From NCBI GenBank assembly GCA_036380875.1, contig DASVDX010000071.1, positions 4,041 through 68,040 of the forward strand: a DNA stretch of 64,000 nucleotides, in the 5' to 3' direction. Of this stretch, positions 58,964 to 64,000 are shown one piece after another. Origin of the DNA: Acidimicrobiia bacterium (GTDB taxonomy: Bacteria > Actinomycetota > Acidimicrobiia > Spongiisociales > ZC4RG35). Each line of letters begins with the position of its first letter. Positions within the stretch are counted from its first letter, which is position 1. The notes beneath the pieces are model-generated. The model did not search any database. It was not told the DNA's origin and saw only the letters and a program-made list of their open reading frames with translations. The translations under genes and the position numbers were made by a program.

Positions 58964-60601
58964 TCAGTTTCCGATCGGGTCGAGTGCGGATCGGGTGTAG
59001 GTGGTGGCCGCGTCCCACAGCAGGATGTGCTCGACTCCGGCGTCCCGGGCGGCCTGGATCTGAGCTCTGACCTCGGCTTCGCCGTATTCGATTCCGAGTG
59101 AGAAGTCCTGGACCCAGGCGACGATGTGGGCGTCTGTCCCCTCCACCTGCTGGACGAAGTCCACGAGCGAGCGGTAGGTGATGTCGTAGGGCTGGGCGTT
59201 GGGGTTGTCCACGCCGTATTCGCCGGGGCCCCAGTGGGATGGGTAGATCATCGGGGCGATGTAGTCGACCTGCTCCGCCATTCGGGGAATGTCCTGGGCG
59301 ACCTCGTGGGGGCGGGTGGCGGCTATCCCGAAGACGGCCGCCGCCATCCGGGCTCCGGCGCCGTGGACCCGTTCCCGGCTCTCGGCGAGGAAGGAGACGA
59401 TGGCATCTTCCTCCTCGCCGTCCTGGCCCGGGTAGACCAACTCCTGCAGGGTGTCGGGCCGGCGAACGTAGTCGTACATGATGTCGTCCACTCCCAGACG
59501 GGCAGCCTCCTCTGCCAGCGCCATGTTGTACTCCCGGACCTCCGGGTTGAACGGGTTGGTGAAGCCGCCGTACTGGCCGTAGGCGCTGCCATCCGGGTTC
59601 TGGATCACCCAGTCCATATTCCCGTTCTCGATGGCGTAGTTCGCCATCCGGGGGTCACGGAAGTTGACTATGCGGCCGATCACCCGGACGCCCTTGGCAT
59701 GCAGCTCCTCTACTGCCTGCTCGAGGTCGTAGAGCTCGGTGACCGCCCCGATCTCGTGCGCCAGCTCGACGCCGGTGTCGTACCACACGTCGCCTCCCTC
59801 GTCTTTGAGGTCGAGCTCCACGGTGTTGATGAGCCCGGCGTCGATCATCTCCATGATCGGGTCCTTGAGCTCCGGCGTCGCCCAGGTCCAACCCGTGGCG
59901 TGGACACCCATCATGGGAGGGGCGCCGGGCGCCCCGGCGAGAGCCAGTTCGACGGACACGGTCTGTGATGCGGTGTTGCCGACCGCGTCGGTAGCTGTGA
60001 TCACCACCGCGGCGTCGGGCGGCTCGGGGTAGGTCTTGCTGATGGTGCCGCTTTCGTCCGGCGTGACTGGCTCGCCGTCGATGGCCAGCGAGGCGACCTC
60101 TTCTGGCACGCGGGCCGCCACGGTCACCTCGGCGTTGATCGGCACCGGCTCCGTGGGGGAGAGGACCTCGATCGCCGGCGGCGTGGTGTCCAGCACGAAC
60201 TCCCTGGCGGCCCGCAGGGCGCGGAACGGGAAGTTGCGGTCGACCATCACAGATAGCCGGTGCTCGCCATCGGCGAGTGTGCTCAGGTCCACGACGAAGT
60301 TGTCCGGGGCCGACTGGGTGAACGGATGCTCCTGCTCGTCGACGGTGACCGTCACGTCGGCTGGATCGGTCTCTCCGGCGAGGCGGATGCTCACCGTGGC
60401 CTGATTGGGGCCGATGACGGCGCCGTTCTCGAGCTCGACGATCTGGACTGAGCCTCCTCCGCTCGTCAGCAGCCAGATGAAGGCGAGGACGAGCAAGGGC
60501 AGGAGGGTGAACACGACCTTTCCCCGACGAGTGAGCCGGTATCGAGGGCGCGGCGCCCCCGCCCGAGGGGGCAGCTCATAGGCGGCGTCGGTTTGCGTCA
60601 T
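58964..60601 (-). CDS. Membrane-anchored putative glycoside hydrolase (DUF4015 / GH-like TIM barrel)
   Basis: It has an N-terminal TM anchor, Ig-like region and a C-terminal TIM-barrel-like domain (DWVIQNPDG...MYDYVRRPD...YIAPMIYPSHW). Confidence 0.55.
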   Translation of the reverse strand: MTQTDAAYELPPRAGAPRPRYRLTRRGKVVFTLLPLLVLAFIWLLTSGGGSVQIVELENGAVIGPNQATVSIRLAGETDPADVTVTVDEQEHPFTQSAPDNFVVDLSTLADGEHRLSVMVDRNFPFRALRAAREFVLDTTPPAIEVLSPTEPVPINAEVTVAARVPEEVASLAIDGEPVTPDESGTISKTYPEPPDAAVVITATDAVGNTASQTVSVELALAGAPGAPPMMGVHATGWTWATPELKDPIMEMIDAGLINTVELDLKDEGGDVWYDTGVELAHEIGAVTELYDLEQAVEELHAKGVRVIGRIVNFRDPRMANYAIENGNMDWVIQNPDGSAYGQYGGFTNPFNPEVREYNMALAEEAARLGVDDIMYDYVRRPDTLQELVYPGQDGEEEDAIVSFLAESRERVHGAGARMAAAVFGIAATRPHEVAQDIPRMAEQVDYIAPMIYPSHWGPGEYGVDNPNAQPYDITYRSLVDFVQQVEGTDAHIVAWVQDFSLGIEYGEAEVRAQIQAARDAGVEHILLWDAATTYTRSALDPIGN

Positions 60602-60700
60602 CGAATGGGGAAGTCGTTCGTCGCGATCGAATGAGGTTAGTGGACGGCGGTTGCCGAGCCTTGCAGCCCGTCGTCAGTAGCATCGTGTCGCCCCCTTCAA

Positions 60701-62110
60701 ATGCTGTTCCCCACCATCCAGTTCGCGATCTTTTTTGTCGTCGTCCTGACGGCGAATTGGCTGTTGCTGCCGCATCGGCGGCAATGGAAGCTCTTCATGC
60801 TCGGAGCCAGCTGGTTCTTCTATGGCTCCTGGGACTGGCGGTTCCTGTTCCTCTTGATCGGCTCCACCGTTCTCAACCAGGTGGCTGCCGTGCTCATGGG
60901 CAGATCGAGGGATCAGCGGTCACGCCGTCTCGTCCTGGGCGGGGCAGTGGCCGCCAACCTCGGGATCATTGCCTGGTTCAAGTACTACGGCTTTTTCGTC
61001 ACATCGGCGATCAACTTCTTCCGGACGTTCGGGATCGACCTGCCGCTTCCGTTGCTCGAGATCACCCTCCCGGTGGGGATCTCGTTCTTCACGTTCCAGG
61101 CGCTCTCGTACGTGATCGACGTCTACCGGCAGAAGGAGGAGCCGGCGCCACTGCTCGACTTCGCCGTCTACCTGGCCTTTTTCCCGCAGTTGGTGGCAGG
61201 GCCCATCGTTCGTTCCACCGAGTTCATCCCCCAGCTGTACACCCGCAAGGATCCCCGACGGGTCGATGCGGCCGGTGGGTTCGCTCTGATAGTCGGCGGC
61301 CTCTTCAAGAAGGTGGTGGTAGCCAACACGCTGGCGGGAGCGATCGTCGATCCCGTGTTCGCCAGCCCGTCCCAGTTCACCGCCCTCGAGGTGCTGGTGG
61401 GCGTCTACGGCTACGCCGTTCAGATCTACGCCGACTTCTCCGGTTACACCGACATCGCCATCGGGGCCGCCACGCTGATGGGGTTCACCTTCCCGGACAA
61501 CTTCAACAACCCGTACACGGCGCTGTCGATCCAGGACTTCTGGCGGCGGTGGCACATGACCCTGAGCCGCTGGCTGCGCGACTACCTGTACATCCCGCTG
61601 GGCGGTAATCGTGGTACGCGGACGAGGACCTACCGCAACCTGATGTTGACGATGCTCCTCGGGGGGTTGTGGCACGGCGCCGCCTGGACATTCGTCATCT
61701 GGGGCGGCTACCACGGAGCGCTCCTGGCTTGGGAGCGGTGGCGGTCGGAGACCGGACGGGCCACAGGACCCGATACTCCCGGCCGACGGATCCTGGCTCG
61801 CCTCACCACCTTCCATCTCGTCTGCCTCGGGTGGATCCTGTTCCGGGCAGACTCGATGGCCAGGGTGGGGGAGATCCTCAGCCGGCTGCTCGACTGGGGA
61901 CCGGCGCCGTCTGTCACCCCGGCGGTCCTGGCGCTCGTGGTCGGGGGGATCGGGGTCCAGTTCATCCCCTCCGATTTCCGCGTGACGCTCGTGAACTCGT
62001 TCAGTCGCCTGCGGCCGGCGGCGATGACCGCCGCCCTCGCCGGTTCGCTTCTCCTGCTCGACGGCCTCGGGCCGGAGGGCGTGGCGCCGTTCATCTACTT
62101 CCAGTTCTGA
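60701..62110 (+). CDS. MBOAT-family membrane-bound O-acyltransferase (AlgI/DltB/PatA-like)
   Basis: It is polytopic with the conserved His region (GGLWHGAAWTFVIWG) and an FFPQLVAGPI motif. Confidence 0.8.
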   Translation: MLFPTIQFAIFFVVVLTANWLLLPHRRQWKLFMLGASWFFYGSWDWRFLFLLIGSTVLNQVAAVLMGRSRDQRSRRLVLGGAVAANLGIIAWFKYYGFFVTSAINFFRTFGIDLPLPLLEITLPVGISFFTFQALSYVIDVYRQKEEPAPLLDFAVYLAFFPQLVAGPIVRSTEFIPQLYTRKDPRRVDAAGGFALIVGGLFKKVVVANTLAGAIVDPVFASPSQFTALEVLVGVYGYAVQIYADFSGYTDIAIGAATLMGFTFPDNFNNPYTALSIQDFWRRWHMTLSRWLRDYLYIPLGGNRGTRTRTYRNLMLTMLLGGLWHGAAWTFVIWGGYHGALLAWERWRSETGRATGPDTPGRRILARLTTFHLVCLGWILFRADSMARVGEILSRLLDWGPAPSVTPAVLALVVGGIGVQFIPSDFRVTLVNSFSRLRPAAMTAALAGSLLLLDGLGPEGVAPFIYFQF

Positions 62111-63132
62111 TGGCTGTCGAAGAAGCACCCCCGAGAGAGCGCCAGGCCGAGGAACGAGCCACGATCCCCGCCGGGATCGTGATCCTCGTCGTCGTGACCT
62201 CCCTCCTCATCGGCCTGTTCCTCAACGCCCCGGACATCCTGCGGACTGCCCAGCGTCAAGAGCCGGGTTGGGAGCGCACGATCGGCGTGGCCCTGATGGA
62301 GCCTATCGCCGCCGTCAGCCATTTCCTGTTCCTCGACCGGCCCCGGATGCTCATCGACTCGATCCTCGGCCGAGAACGGCCTGAGCCCGAGGCGGTGACG
62401 CCACCCACGACCGCTCCTCCGGCGACCACTCCGGCCACGACGATGCCGGCGACGACGCTCCCGAGCGACACCCGCCGGGAGGTGAGCGCCGCCGACCCGC
62501 TCATCATGTACATCGGCGGCGACTCGATGGTGGGTCAGTTCGGGCCCATGCTCGACAACCGGGCGTCGAAGACCGGGATGGTCGAGTCGGAGGTCGTGTA
62601 CGAGTTCGAGTCGGGGCTGTCTCGCCCCGATTTCATCGACTGGCCGCAACGGCTCGTTCGGGTGAGCGAGGACCTCGATCCTGACGTGTTCGTCCTCTAC
62701 TTCGGAGGCAATGACGCTCAGTCGATCTACATGCCGGACGGATCGTGGATCGAGGTCGACACGCCGGAATGGGAAGAGGAGTACCGTCGTCGGGTCGACG
62801 ACGTGATGACACTGCTCGAAGAGCGAGGCCACTGGGTCTACTGGATGGGGCTCCCGATCGTTTCGTCGGAGACCTTCCAGGAACGGGTCCGCCTGATGAA
62901 CAGCATCTACGAGGAAGTCGCCGAGGCCCATCCCCGGGTGACCTTCATCGAGGCGTGGTCGCTGTTCGAAGGGCCCGACGGCGGCTACAGCGAGTACCTG
63001 CCCGACGAGGAGGGCAACCTGGTCGACATGCGCCTCGACGACGGGGTCCACTACACGACCGCGGGGGCCATCCGCCTGGCGAACCACACGTTCGAGATCA
63101 TCGCCGAGGACTGGGAGATCCCATTGGAGTGA
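62110..63132 (+). CDS. SGNH/GDSL hydrolase-like protein (DUF459; AlgJ/PatB/DltD-like partner of the MBOAT)
   Basis: It has an N-terminal TM anchor, a Pro/Thr-rich linker, and an SGNH-like domain (YIGGDSM, FGGNDAQ, DGVHYT). It is translationally coupled (TGATG) to the MBOAT gene. Confidence 0.7.
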   Translation: MAVEEAPPRERQAEERATIPAGIVILVVVTSLLIGLFLNAPDILRTAQRQEPGWERTIGVALMEPIAAVSHFLFLDRPRMLIDSILGRERPEPEAVTPPTTAPPATTPATTMPATTLPSDTRREVSAADPLIMYIGGDSMVGQFGPMLDNRASKTGMVESEVVYEFESGLSRPDFIDWPQRLVRVSEDLDPDVFVLYFGGNDAQSIYMPDGSWIEVDTPEWEEEYRRRVDDVMTLLEERGHWVYWMGLPIVSSETFQERVRLMNSIYEEVAEAHPRVTFIEAWSLFEGPDGGYSEYLPDEEGNLVDMRLDDGVHYTTAGAIRLANHTFEIIAEDWEIPLE

Positions 63133-63139
63133 GCCTCGC

Positions 63140-63553
63140 TCAGGCCGAGGCGAGTCTCTTGCCCAGGCTCATGACCGCGTCGGGGGCGTAGCCCGAGGCG
63201 GTGTAGAACCCGACCGCATCCAGGTTGTCCTCCCTGATCTGGAGGTTGACCTTGGGGCAGCCTCGTTCGGCGAGTCGACGCTCGGCCTCGGCCAGCAGCC
63301 GTGAGCCCCAGCCGTTTCGCTGGTGGGCGGGAAGAACGGCGAGGTAGTAGATCCAACCGCGATGGCCGTCGTAACCGGCCATGACCGTTCCCACGATCTG
63401 CCCGTCGTCTTCGGCCACCAGGAACAGGTCGTCGTCGACCTCGGTCTTGCGTCGGATGTCCGCGTACGGGTCGTTCCACGGCCGCAGGAGGCCGGCCTCC
63501 CGCCAGATCACCACCACCGCCTCGGTGTCGTCAGGTCGAAAGGGTCGGATCAT
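63140..63553 (-). CDS. GNAT-family N-acetyltransferase
   Basis: It has acetyl-CoA-binding motifs (QRNGWGSRLL). Confidence 0.75.
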   Translation of the reverse strand: MIRPFRPDDTEAVVVIWREAGLLRPWNDPYADIRRKTEVDDDLFLVAEDDGQIVGTVMAGYDGHRGWIYYLAVLPAHQRNGWGSRLLAEAERRLAERGCPKVNLQIREDNLDAVGFYTASGYAPDAVMSLGKRLASA

Positions 63554-64000
63554 CGGTTGCCCAGCATGCGCCTGGCGGGGTTGGCCATGGCCGTCTCCTC
63601 GACCCCCCGGGCGGTGACGTCGATGTAGGCCTGGGTGGTCGCCATGTCGGCGTGGCCGAGCAGGCGCTGGACCTCGGGCACCGACCCGGAGTTCTCCACG
63701 AGCAGCGTGGCGTAGGTGTGGCGCAGGGAGTGGGCGAGCGCCCCCGGTGGGGGAGCGACGCCCGCTCGTCGGAACCAGCCGCGGACCAGATGGTCGACCA
63801 CGTTCGAGGTGAGCGGCTTCCCGTTGGGGCGGACTATCAGCGGATCGGTCGGTCTGAACGTTCCCAGGCGCTCTTTGCGCGACTCGAGGTAGCGGTCGAG
63901 CACATCGACGATCTCGGGAGGCAGGGGGATGGTGCGGGTGACGCCGCCTTTCCCGGTCACGAACAGCTTGGTGTGCTCGGTGGGGGAGCGACGCACGTCT
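63550..64000 (-). CDS. Tyrosine recombinase XerC/XerD, C-terminal catalytic part; the 5' end lies beyond the window
   Basis: It has the catalytic motifs HSLRHTYAT and LLGHADMATTQAYIDV (nucleophilic Tyr). The ORF runs off the window end. Confidence 0.8.
   Translation of the reverse strand, partial: DVRRSPTEHTKLFVTGKGGVTRTIPLPPEIVDVLDRYLESRKERLGTFRPTDPLIVRPNGKPLTSNVVDHLVRGWFRRAGVAPPPGALAHSLRHTYATLLVENSGSVPEVQRLLGHADMATTQAYIDVTARGVEETAMANPARRMLGNR

Noticed and set aside
63550-64000. Whether the partial recombinase at the window end marks a mobile element.
   Set aside because: The motifs fit chromosomal XerC/XerD dimer-resolution recombinases. The gene is truncated by the window, so no element boundaries can be assessed.

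Overview
This is a high-GC window, most likely from an actinobacterium (Acidimicrobiia-like or a mycobacterial relative). It is almost entirely core genome, with genes densely packed on the + strand and frequent overlapping stop/start junctions (ATGA, GTGA). Functional blocks in order: proteasome/pupylation and Tat export (prcA' - pafA - pafB - pafC - tatA - tatC - helY); a lipid kinase, an acidic DUF4193-like protein and a polyprenol-phosphate mannose synthase (ppm1-like); a housekeeping run (GNAT, NUDIX, M20 peptidase, HAD, tlyA, nadK, recN, crotonase, acyl-CoA synthetase, dapB, pyrG, NUDIX, ald, dksA-like, HD, scpA, scpB, rluB-like, aroA, cmk, ispH, der); a probable decayed integration locus at tRNA-Pro(GGG) (membrane spermidine-synthase-like protein, DUF2254, membrane protein, NarL-type two-component system, an integrase C-terminal remnant, the tRNA, a nitroreductase, a ~570-nt non-coding stretch and a hemerythrin-like gene); the gcvH - FHA - MerR - D-Ala-D-Ala carboxypeptidase (dacB-like) - hpt - DUF151 - MerR - gcvT cluster; a mixed block (alpha/beta hydrolase, EEP nuclease, yqgE, rnhB, a two-subunit AcnX dehydratase, a PAS histidine kinase, galE, PEBP, phosphomannomutase, thioesterase, aldo/keto reductase, thioredoxin-TPR, ilvE); and a cell-envelope glycan-modification cluster (DUF4015 glycoside-hydrolase-like, MBOAT, SGNH), then a GNAT and a partial xerC/D recombinase at the window end. 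I found no CRISPR array, rRNA or intact mobile element. The most unusual material is the integrase remnant beside tRNA-Pro with its repeat-bearing non-coding region, the tandem 16-bp repeats upstream of the acidic DUF4193-like gene, and a few small uncharacterised ORFs embedded in conserved operons.
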